Positions 16,879 through 24,584 of a DNA stretch of 32,000 bases are shown piece by piece. The first letter of the stretch is position 1; every line of letters starts with the position of its first letter. The position numbers were made by a program, and so were the translations under genes. This stretch comes from Ruminococcus albus 7 = DSM 20455 (GTDB lineage: Bacteria; Bacillota; Clostridia; Oscillospirales; Ruminococcaceae). The notes under the pieces were generated by a model, which had not been told where the DNA came from, searched no databases, and saw only the letters and a program-made list of their open reading frames with translations. Where the stretch lies: the NCBI RefSeq assembly GCF_000179635.2, contig NC_014833.1, positions 1,200,001-1,232,000 of the forward strand, read 5' to 3'.

Positions 16879-16932
16879 AAGAGGAAATATTATGAAAAAG
16901 ATCCGATACTGTCTTTTTTGTATAACTGATGA

Positions 16933-19900
16933 TCAGTCATTCTTTTTGTCTGCAGAAACCGGTGCAGTCTCGTATATGAACTTGACTTCGCCCTTAGTGT
17001 CTGCTGCTTTACCCGAGAAATTATCGTAAGCCTTGCCTGCTGCCTTTATTGCATCAAGTCTGTCCAGCAGGGGAGTGATATCATCGTTGTAAGCGTTGAT
17101 TATCTTGTCGATGCCCTCGCGGCGGAATTTCTTCATGCCGTTGTTGAGTTCTTTTGCACCGTCTTCAAGTTTCTGAGAACCGTCTTTCAGCTTTGCGGCT
17201 CCGTCATCGAGGGTAGTTATACCTGCATAAAGGGTGCCGCTGCCGTTGGAGAGCTTTTCAGCGCCCTCTAAAAGCTGTGCACTGCCTGTGGATACACTGT
17301 AAGTACCGTCTTTTAGTGTCTGTCCGCCCTGCCAGATAAGTCCCAGACCGTCATCGAGTGCAAGAGCACCGTCTGAAAGCTGTGTAAGTCCGCCCTGTAA
17401 TGAGCCTATGCCTGTATCCAGCTGTACAGCGCCGTTGCGTGCCGCTGCTATGCCGTCGGCAAGGGAATGTGCGCCGCCCGAAACTTTCTTAGCACCGTCG
17501 GAAACTGCTGTGCTGCCGTCAGCCAGCTGTCCTGCTCCTGCTACAAGCTCGGTCACTCTTGAAGCCAGCGTGCCTGTACCTGCCTTGAGCTTTTCTCCGC
17601 CATCGGTCAGCTGACCAAGACCGTCATCGAGCTTTGATGCGCCGTCTGAAAGCTGACCAAGTCCGCCGTTAAGCTTGCCTGCACCAGCATCAAGAGCAGC
17701 CGCACCTGTATTTGCGGAGTTAAGTCCTGTTGAAAGGGCAGCAGCGCCTTCGCTGAGTGAGCCTGCGCCTGTTGCCAGAGCCTTGATACCCTCGTAAAGG
17801 GAAGTAGTACCTGTATCAATGGCTGCGATGCCGTTGAAAAGTGTGTCTGCGCCGACTCTGAGTTCGCCAGAGCCGAATGACAGCTTGCCCAGACCCTCGT
17901 CAAGGGCTGAAGCGCCTGCACTGACCTGTTCTAAACCTGCCTTCAATGCCCCTGCTCCGCTGTCAACGCTCTTGGCCCCTGCGGAAGCGGTAGTCAGTCC
18001 CTTGGAGAGTGAACCTGTACCTTCGGAAAGTGAGTTAGCACCTGTCAGAAGCTCGCTGCTTCCTGCTTTCAGTCCTGCCGCACCGTTTGATACCTGTGCA
18101 GCACCGTTAGCCAGAGTTTTTGAACTTGTATAGAGTTTGCCTGCACCTGCCGCCAAAGCCTTGCCGCCCTCATCGAGAGTTGCCAGCCCTGTATCGAGAG
18201 CCTGAGCACCTTCTACCAGTGCAGCGGCACCTGTTTTCAGGTCTGCGATACCGCCTGTGAGCGCTGAAGTATCTGCCGATATCTGAGAAGAACCCTCAGC
18301 CAGACCTGCGGCTATCTGCTCCTGAGATGCGATAGTCTGCTGTAAAGTGCCTATCATGGCGGCTATGTCATCAGAGGGGTTAGAGGCATATACCTGCTGT
18401 AATCCTGCCAGCACCTGTTTGTTGTATTCTATGGTAGAGTTAAGGCTGTCTGCGGCATTTGTCATAGAAGCCGAAACACCATTCAGCTTTTCGGGGATAG
18501 CTGCTGCACCGCCGGCTAGAGTATCTATACCGCCTGCCAGTGCCTGTGCTCCTGCAAGCACCTTTTCGGAACCTGCCTTTGAGGAAGTTATGCCTGCCGA
18601 AAGTTTACCGGCTGATGTGCTGAGTGAACCTGCGCCTGTGGAAAGCTGTGTAGAGCCTGCCGCTACGTTAGCCGCTCCCGAATCAAGAGTTGCCGCTCCT
18701 TCAGCCAGAGCCTTTGAACCGCTTGCGACTTTCTTTGCACCGCTGTGAACGTCTGCTGCGCCCTTATCGGCAGAGCCTATGCCCTCAGCCAGTTTTGCTG
18801 TGCCTGATTTGAGTTCGCTTGCGCCGTTTTTTAGCTGTGAAGTTGCGTCTTTCAGTTTTTCAGAACCTTCCTTGGCTGACTTGATCCCGTCATCAAGAGT
18901 TTTAGCACCGTCAGCCAGACCCTTTGCGCCAGCCTTTGCCGATGATGTACCGTCTTTGAGAGTCTTTGCACCTGCGGCGGCGGTGTCAGCACCGTCTTTG
19001 AGTTTGTCAGCGCCGTCTTTCAGTTTCGCCGCACCCTCATCTGCATCTGCAATACCTGCCGCCAGCTGTGCTGTGCCTGCTTTCAGGTTTGCCGCACCGG
19101 AATTTACCTGTATGAAACCACCCACCAGCTGTGCAGAACCTTTCTTTGCCGCCTTTATGCCGTCAAGCAGGGACTTTGCGCCATCATCGAGAGTTTTTGT
19201 ACCCTCAGCCAGTGCGCCCGAACCACCTGCAACTTTCTGTATGCCGTCATTGAGTTTGCTTGCTCCGTCTGCAAGAGAAGCCGCACCCTCATCGAGGGTC
19301 TTTGCGCCTGTGTCTGCATCGCCCAGACCGTTTGCCAGCTTTGCAGAACCGTCTTTCAGCTGTGCAGCACCGTCATTTACCTGTATGAAACCGCCGGCTA
19401 GCTTGCTGCTGCCGTCCTTTGCGTTTTTTATACCGTTTACCAGGTCGCCTGCACCGCTGTCGAGGGTCTTTGTGCCGTCAGCGAGTTTCCCTGCGCCGTC
19501 AGCCAGAGATACAGCGCCGTCGTTCAGCTGCTTGCCGCCGTCAGCCAGCTTATCTGCACCGTCTTTCAGATCTCCAACACCCTTGTTGAGTTCCTTTGTG
19601 CCGTCATAAAGCTGTTGTGAGCCGTCAGAAAGCTGATCTACTGCATCAGCAAGTTCGCCAAGCTTTTCTTCCAGTTCATCGAGCTTGTCGATACCGTCAA
19701 AGTCTATATCATTGAAGAATGAGTTAGTTCCTGCAGTGAATACTGTTTTCAATTCAAAATCTGTAACATCGGCAGTGAATTCAAAATACTCGGGTATGCC
19801 GATGTCGCTTTCATCATCAAGCCCAAGACTTTCTTTCAGTCCCGGCAGGGCATAGCCGATGACAGCCTGTCTGCCGCCGTCGGAGATCAGCTTACCGTTA

Positions 19901-20583
19901 GTCACACTGATATTACTGAACTTTTCACTGTCCAGCAGTGCACCTGTTGCCATAAGGAACGGGGTATAGATCGTTTCGTTCTTTCCGTTTATCTTTACTG
20001 TGGAAGTCGAATTGTTTGTATAATCGTACCTTACAGTGACCTTGCCGCTTTTGCCTGCCAGTTCCTCGGGAGTGATGCTTTTGCCGTCAAGGGTGTAGCT
20101 GACTTTTATATCAACAGGCAAAGCTGCATCTGTGTAGCCCTTGTAGTATACATCTCCGCCTGATGTGTTCCACTGCATATTATCTCCGCTGCCTGAGAAG
20201 GTATCATCGTTCTTCATATTTTCTATATCGGTAAGAGTGGATATATCCATAAGCGAAGTGAGTCCCTGAGGATTAACAAGATGGTCACTCACCACAGTCT
20301 TTGTCGGAGCGCCGTTTGCATCGGTCAGTACGTAAACAGTTTCCTCTTTGCGTGCAGTATTGCTGTCGGCGGTCTTTGTATCTTCTGTTTTCTTCTTGTC
20401 ATGCTTTTTTATCTCGGGCGACTTGTGATCATCGTCAGCTTCGGAACTGTCTTTATCCGAAGTCTTTGAGGAACTGTCATTTGCGGATGTATCGTCCTTG
20501 TTTGCAACTGCGTAAAATCCTGTTGAGCCTGCCGATATCAGTACTGCCAGGACACCTGCTAAAAATCTGCTGTATTTTTTCAT
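16933..20583 (-). CDS. Secreted/N-terminally anchored giant xxxLxxG heptad-repeat protein (YhgE/Pip- and EsaA-like repeat type, but no C-terminal membrane domain)
   Basis: 1216 aa with an AAGGAGAG RBS. N-terminus is MKKYSRFLAGVLAVLISAGSTGFYAVA, then a K/D/S-rich spacer and a ~200-aa globular region. About 850 aa then follow in a strict 7-residue register (DKLADGG KQLNDGA VSLADGA GKLADGT KTLDSGA ...). The C-terminus is hydrophilic. Confidence 0.85.
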   Translation of the reverse strand: MKKYSRFLAGVLAVLISAGSTGFYAVANKDDTSANDSSSKTSDKDSSEADDDHKSPEIKKHDKKKTEDTKTADSNTARKEETVYVLTDANGAPTKTVVSDHLVNPQGLTSLMDISTLTDIENMKNDDTFSGSGDNMQWNTSGGDVYYKGYTDAALPVDIKVSYTLDGKSITPEELAGKSGKVTVRYDYTNNSTSTVKINGKNETIYTPFLMATGALLDSEKFSNISVTNGKLISDGGRQAVIGYALPGLKESLGLDDESDIGIPEYFEFTADVTDFELKTVFTAGTNSFFNDIDFDGIDKLDELEEKLGELADAVDQLSDGSQQLYDGTKELNKGVGDLKDGADKLADGGKQLNDGAVSLADGAGKLADGTKTLDSGAGDLVNGIKNAKDGSSKLAGGFIQVNDGAAQLKDGSAKLANGLGDADTGAKTLDEGAASLADGASKLNDGIQKVAGGSGALAEGTKTLDDGAKSLLDGIKAAKKGSAQLVGGFIQVNSGAANLKAGTAQLAAGIADADEGAAKLKDGADKLKDGADTAAAGAKTLKDGTSSAKAGAKGLADGAKTLDDGIKSAKEGSEKLKDATSQLKNGASELKSGTAKLAEGIGSADKGAADVHSGAKKVASGSKALAEGAATLDSGAANVAAGSTQLSTGAGSLSTSAGKLSAGITSSKAGSEKVLAGAQALAGGIDTLAGGAAAIPEKLNGVSASMTNAADSLNSTIEYNKQVLAGLQQVYASNPSDDIAAMIGTLQQTIASQEQIAAGLAEGSSQISADTSALTGGIADLKTGAAALVEGAQALDTGLATLDEGGKALAAGAGKLYTSSKTLANGAAQVSNGAAGLKAGSSELLTGANSLSEGTGSLSKGLTTASAGAKSVDSGAGALKAGLEQVSAGASALDEGLGKLSFGSGELRVGADTLFNGIAAIDTGTTSLYEGIKALATGAGSLSEGAAALSTGLNSANTGAAALDAGAGKLNGGLGQLSDGASKLDDGLGQLTDGGEKLKAGTGTLASRVTELVAGAGQLADGSTAVSDGAKKVSGGAHSLADGIAAARNGAVQLDTGIGSLQGGLTQLSDGALALDDGLGLIWQGGQTLKDGTYSVSTGSAQLLEGAEKLSNGSGTLYAGITTLDDGAAKLKDGSQKLEDGAKELNNGMKKFRREGIDKIINAYNDDITPLLDRLDAIKAAGKAYDNFSGKAADTKGEVKFIYETAPVSADKKND
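17130..19690 (-). repeat. Coding heptad (21-nt) repeat array with 273-nt super-repeats
   Basis: Period-7 pattern of Leu and Gly across roughly 100-120 heptads (hand estimate: ~850 aa / 7). An identical 18-mer, ATTTACCTGTATGAAACC, occurs at 19102 and 19375, exactly 273 nt apart. Confidence 0.8.
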
Positions 20584-20611
20584 AATGATCTCTCCTTATC
20601 TATTCAACTAT

Positions 20612-22723
20612 TCAACTGTTCAGTGAGGGGACTTTGAAAGCTTTTTCCCTTCTTGCTGTATCCTTCATGCCTATTGTGCTGTTGATTATCACCTTATCAA
20701 AAAGCAGCAGCATGGATGGGAGTGCACATATTACCGTTACCATTGATACCAGCGCACCTCTGGACATCAGTGTGCAGAGCTGTGATATCATATCTACGCT
20801 GGAGTATACACCGACACCGAAGGTCGATGCAAAGAAGCCCAGTGCGCTTACCATAATGGATTTCATCGAGGTAGCTAATGCTATGGTCACGGCTTCGGTC
20901 TTGTCCTTGCCGTCTATACGTTCCTGCTTGTATCTTGTGGTCATTAGTATAGCATAGTCAACAGTGGCGCCCAGCTGTATGGTGCCTATTACTACAGATG
21001 CTATAAAAGGTATCTTGGTATGTGTGAAGCAGGGAACTGCCATATTTACGGTTATTGCGAATTCTATCACTGCAACGAGTATCATAGGCAGAGATACCGA
21101 TCTCAGCGCGAAAAGTATGATTATGAATATTGCTGCTATGGATACCGTGTTTACAACTGCGAAGTCACGTTTTGTTATACTGATAAGATCCTTTGTTGCG
21201 GCAGCCTCACCTATTACCATGCCGTTGTCATCATACTTTTTGAGTATATCTATGAGTTCATCTACCTGTGCGTTGACTTCGGGGGATGCTACCTTGTAAT
21301 CAGAGCCTACCAGCATCAGCTGCCAGCCGCCCTCTTTCAGAAGACCGCTCACCGATTCGGGGATAGCTTCTTCGGGGATGGACGGACCTATAAGAGTATC
21401 GAATGCCATAGTCATGCTGACACCGTCCACCTTTTTCATCTCATCAGTCATACTGATAACATCACTGCGCTTCATATCAGCGCTGCACAGTATCATGTGG
21501 GTTGAGGTTATATTGAACTCATCCTGAAGCTTGGTGTTTGCGATCACGCTGTTCAGATCAGTGGGGAGCGTGTCTGTCAGGTTGTAGTAAACATCTGTAT
21601 GGGTCTGTCCGTAAATACCCGGTATCAGCAGGGCTATGAACAGTACAACGAATACAGTGTGATGCTTTACTATAAAAGAAGCGGCTTTGTCCATGCTGGG
21701 GATAATATCCTTGTGTATGGTCTTTTCGAGCAGCTTATCAAAGACGAGTATCATTGAGGGCAGTACAGTCACACAGCATATAACGCCGATGACAACACCC
21801 TTAGCCATAACTATGCCCATGTCAAGACCCAGTGTATAACTCATGAAGCACAGTGCCAGGAATCCTGCAACTGTAGTTACCGAACTTGATACTACAGAGG
21901 AGATGGTCTGTGCTATGGCTTCAGCCATGGCTTCGTATTTGTCGGAGAAATTCTCTTTTTGTTCCTTGTAGCTGTGCCACAGGAATATTGAGTAGTCTAT
22001 CGTTACCGCCAGCTGTAAAACAGCTGTCAGCGCCTGTGTGATGAAGCTTATCTGTCCGAGGAATATGTTGGTTCCAAGATTGTAAAGTATCGCAAGACCA
22101 ACGCTAAGCATAAAGAATACAGGTATCAGCAGAGAATCCATAGTCACCGCAAGTATGATGCTTGTAAGAAGTACCGCTATTCCGACGTATGCGGTGGTCT
22201 CTTTCATCGTCAGGTCTTTAATGTCTTCAACTATGGCGGTCATGCCGTTTATGAAACACTGCTTGCCTGCTATCTTTCTCATCTCAACTACCGCTTCAAG
22301 GGATTCGTCAGCAGAAGTGGCTTGATTGAAGAACACAGCCATCATTGTGGCACTGCCGTCCTCATTGTTGAAGAAACTGTAGATGTCCTCAGGGAGTATC
22401 TCTTTTGGTATGGATATATCAGCTATACTGTCATACCAAAGCACATCACTGACAGCATCTATTTTTTCAAATTCGGATTTAAGTGCTGCAACATCCTTGT
22501 CCTCCATGCCTTCTACAACTACAAAGGCGAAACCGCCTTTACCGTATTCGTCAAGCATTATCTGCTGACCTTTCATCGTGTCGATATCTTCGGGAAGATA
22601 AGAGAGTATGTCGTAGTTTATCCTAGTTTTCAGCATACCTATCGCCGCGGGCACCGCAAGCACCAATGCCAGTATGACGATGAGTATACGCAGTCTGACA
22701 ACTGCTTTACCGAAGTTTTTCAT
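20612..22723 (-). CDS. MMPL-family (RND-superfamily) membrane transporter
   Basis: 703 aa with two repeats of TM1, a large extracytoplasmic loop, then a 5-TM bundle. This is typical Gram-positive MMPL/YdfJ-like topology. Its stop is 28 nt upstream of the next ORF. Confidence 0.88.
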   Translation of the reverse strand: MKNFGKAVVRLRILIVILALVLAVPAAIGMLKTRINYDILSYLPEDIDTMKGQQIMLDEYGKGGFAFVVVEGMEDKDVAALKSEFEKIDAVSDVLWYDSIADISIPKEILPEDIYSFFNNEDGSATMMAVFFNQATSADESLEAVVEMRKIAGKQCFINGMTAIVEDIKDLTMKETTAYVGIAVLLTSIILAVTMDSLLIPVFFMLSVGLAILYNLGTNIFLGQISFITQALTAVLQLAVTIDYSIFLWHSYKEQKENFSDKYEAMAEAIAQTISSVVSSSVTTVAGFLALCFMSYTLGLDMGIVMAKGVVIGVICCVTVLPSMILVFDKLLEKTIHKDIIPSMDKAASFIVKHHTVFVVLFIALLIPGIYGQTHTDVYYNLTDTLPTDLNSVIANTKLQDEFNITSTHMILCSADMKRSDVISMTDEMKKVDGVSMTMAFDTLIGPSIPEEAIPESVSGLLKEGGWQLMLVGSDYKVASPEVNAQVDELIDILKKYDDNGMVIGEAAATKDLISITKRDFAVVNTVSIAAIFIIILFALRSVSLPMILVAVIEFAITVNMAVPCFTHTKIPFIASVVIGTIQLGATVDYAILMTTRYKQERIDGKDKTEAVTIALATSMKSIMVSALGFFASTFGVGVYSSVDMISQLCTLMSRGALVSMVTVICALPSMLLLFDKVIINSTIGMKDTARREKAFKVPSLNS

Positions 22724-22748
22724 ACTACCGTTCCTTTCTTTGTGGTTT

Positions 22749-22765
22749 AATGACTCACGGTCATT
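22749..22765. promoter_or_regulatory. Operator site 1: perfect palindrome AATGAC-TCACG-GTCATT
   Basis: Read directly from the sequence. It lies just downstream of the predicted MMPL promoter -10 box (about +5 to +21). Confidence 0.6.
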
Positions 22766-22776
22766 TCTTTATATGT

Positions 22777-22805
22777 AGTATAGCACTAAAATGACCAACG
22801 GTCAA
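22777..22805 (-). promoter_or_regulatory. Sigma-A-type promoter of the MMPL/heptad-protein operon
   Basis: Minus strand reads TTGACC (22805-22800) - 17 nt - TATACT (22782-22777). Confidence 0.55.
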
Positions 22806-22806
22806 T
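22790..22806. promoter_or_regulatory. Operator site 2: AATGAC-CAACG-GTCAAT
   Basis: 11/12 palindromic positions match. It overlaps the -35 box and spacer of the MMPL promoter. Confidence 0.55.
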
Positions 22807-22812
22807 AGCTAA

Positions 22813-22829
22813 AATGACCTTTGGTCATA
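22813..22829. promoter_or_regulatory. Operator site 3: AATGAC-CTTTG-GTCATA
   Basis: 11/12 palindromic positions match. Confidence 0.5.
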
Positions 22830-22848
22830 ATTTTGTAGAGATAAACAA

Positions 22849-22865
22849 AATGACTGTCAGTCATT
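22849..22865. promoter_or_regulatory. Operator site 4: perfect palindrome AATGAC-TGTCA-GTCATT (extends to 7+7 with 22848/22866)
   Basis: Read directly from the sequence. It lies 26 nt upstream of the -35 box of the plus-strand promoter. Confidence 0.6.
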
Positions 22866-22890
22866 TGCGATCACTGTTGATTTTGACCTA

Positions 22891-22919
22891 TTGACAAAAA
22901 ATTCTAAATATCATATAAT
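22891..22919 (+). promoter_or_regulatory. Consensus sigma-A promoter of the methyltransferase-TetR unit
   Basis: TTGACA (22891-22896) - 17 nt - TATAAT (22914-22919). Confidence 0.6.
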
Positions 22920-22950
22920 TATAGCAAACGACGTATAAGAGGATAATAGG

Positions 22951-23634
22951 ATGCTTGATAAGAATAATATTGAAAAACAGTTCAATATGGTAGCAGAGGA
23001 GTATGATATGAACCGCAGAAGATTCATACCCTGCTACGATGATTTCTATATAAACACGACGGCGCTTATCGCTGCTAATATTGATGCACCTGAACGTATC
23101 ATTGATCTTGGTACGGGTACAGGACTGCTTTCGGAACATTGGTACAGACATTTTTCTGGAGCAGAGTATATACTTACAGATATCGCAGAGGATATGCTTG
23201 AAGTGGCAAAGTGCAGGTTCAGCGGGCTTGAGGGCTTTTCGTATAAGGTTGCTGACTACCTGAAAGGTCTGCCTGATGTTTCTGCGGATACAGTTATATC
23301 AACGCTTTCCATACATCATCTGGAAGATGATGAAAAGCAGGTATTGTTCGGCAATATATACAATGCACTGCCCGATGGCGGTCTGTTTGTGAATTACGAT
23401 CAGTTCTGTGCAGTTGATGACAGACTCAGCCGCTGGTATGACCGCTTCTGGGAAGGTCAGCTGTATAACTCCGGTCTGACGGACAAGGATATCGCACTAT
23501 GGCAGGCGCGCAGAAAGCTCGATCGGGAATGCTCAGTCGAGCAGGAGATAAATATGCTGAGAAAAAGCGGTTTTTCTATGGTGGAATGTGTATATTCATA
23601 TCATAAATTCGCTGTTATAGCGGCGTTAAAATAA
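22951..23634 (+). CDS. Class I SAM-dependent methyltransferase
   Basis: 227 aa. SAM-binding motif I is IIDLGTGTGLL, with acidic loop LTDIAEDML and motif LSIHHL. An AAGAGGA RBS is present. Confidence 0.85.
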   Translation: MLDKNNIEKQFNMVAEEYDMNRRRFIPCYDDFYINTTALIAANIDAPERIIDLGTGTGLLSEHWYRHFSGAEYILTDIAEDMLEVAKCRFSGLEGFSYKVADYLKGLPDVSADTVISTLSIHHLEDDEKQVLFGNIYNALPDGGLFVNYDQFCAVDDRLSRWYDRFWEGQLYNSGLTDKDIALWQARRKLDRECSVEQEINMLRKSGFSMVECVYSYHKFAVIAALK

Positions 23635-23708
23635 TGAATGAAATGTAATAATATGGTAATGATAAATATAAAGTCAACCCTCATATTCGCAAAAACGGAG
23701 GTTATATA

Positions 23709-24320
23709 ATGGGAAAGCTGGATATCAATAAAAAGGCCAAGGAGGATTCTCTGCTTGCCACTGCATATAAGCTGTTCACAACAAACGGTGTCAGCAAGAC
23801 CTCGGTATCCGATATAGCCAAGAGTGCTGGGGTGGCAAAGGGTACTTTCTACCTTTATTTTAAAGATAAGTACGATCTTAAAAACAGACTGGTGGCACAT
23901 CAGTCTTCAAAGTTGTTCAGTAATGCGATCTCAGCACTGGAGGCTGAAAGCAAAGAAATGTCTTTCAATGAAAAGATCATTTTCGTTATAGACAATATTC
24001 TCGACCAGTTGGAGGGCAATCATGCCATGGTGGCATTCATCGCTAAAAACCTGAGCTGGGGAGTGTTCAAACACGCTGTCACTTCACCTTCAAAGGGCGA
24101 TAATATGGATCTGCGTGCAATATACGATGCTATACTTGCTGATGCACCTGACAGCATAACAGAACCTGAGATCATGCTTTTCATGATAGTTGAACTGGTA
24201 AGCTCTACCTGTCATTCTGCTATACTTTACGGTGAACCAGTCAGCCTTGAAAAGCTTAAACCCTATGTTTACCGCAGTGTCAACGATATCATCAACAGGC
24301 ATATCTCGGCAGATAACTGA
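23709..24320 (+). CDS. TetR/AcrR-family transcriptional regulator
   Basis: 203 aa. The N-terminal HTH is LLATAYKLFTTNGVSKTSVSDIAKSAGVAKGTFYLYFKDKYDL. A GGAGGT RBS is present. No terminator lies in the 74-nt gap after the methyltransferase gene. Confidence 0.9.
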   Translation: MGKLDINKKAKEDSLLATAYKLFTTNGVSKTSVSDIAKSAGVAKGTFYLYFKDKYDLKNRLVAHQSSKLFSNAISALEAESKEMSFNEKIIFVIDNILDQLEGNHAMVAFIAKNLSWGVFKHAVTSPSKGDNMDLRAIYDAILADAPDSITEPEIMLFMIVELVSSTCHSAILYGEPVSLEKLKPYVYRSVNDIINRHISADN

Positions 24321-24352
24321 TCCCGCAACTATGGGAGCCCATACGGATAAAT

Positions 24353-24387
24353 GCGCTTGCACCGTTTCGGTGTTAGCGCTTATTTTA
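24353..24387 (+). terminator. Terminator after the TetR gene
   Basis: GCGCTTGCACCG-ttt-CGGTGTTAGCGC (2-nt internal loop), followed by TTATTTTAT. Confidence 0.55.
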
Positions 24388-24493
24388 TGGAATGTATAAA
24401 GCGTGTATAAAAGTTGCCTGTATTCACTGAAATATAAATTATGAATTATGAATAGATGAACATTAAATATAATGAAGTTTTTGCAATTTAATC

Positions 24494-24522
24494 TTGCAAT
24501 TTGTCTGTAAATATGTTATGAT
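24494..24522 (+). promoter_or_regulatory. Sigma-A-type promoter of carB with an extended -10
   Basis: TTGCAA (24494-24499) - 17 nt - TATGAT (24517-24522), preceded by TGT. Confidence 0.5.
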
Positions 24523-24584
24523 ATACGTTAAGGGATTTTTTTAGTGAATCAATTCGCACAGTTGTGCGGGATAGGAGAATATGT

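Noticed and set aside
17408-19609. Plus-strand ORFs inside the heptad-repeat gene (17408..17614, 17819..18133, 18347..18748, 18779..19609), which encode P/S/A-rich peptides.
   Set aside because: They are antisense shadows of a highly repetitive, GC-biased coding region. Their composition is low-complexity (PSA repeats). They have no RBS, and they fully overlap a much longer and better-supported minus-strand ORF.
17130-19690. Regular short-period repetition that might suggest a CRISPR array or a satellite.
   Set aside because: The periodicity is 21 nt and lies entirely within a long open reading frame with conserved Leu/Gly positions. There are no repeat-spacer units and no cas genes.
20584-20611. 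A tandem 8-mer (ATTCAACT ATTCAACT) between the MMPL and heptad genes.
   Set aside because: It has only two copies in a 28-nt inter-cistronic spacer. It is most simply a chance duplication next to the RBS, with no further structure.
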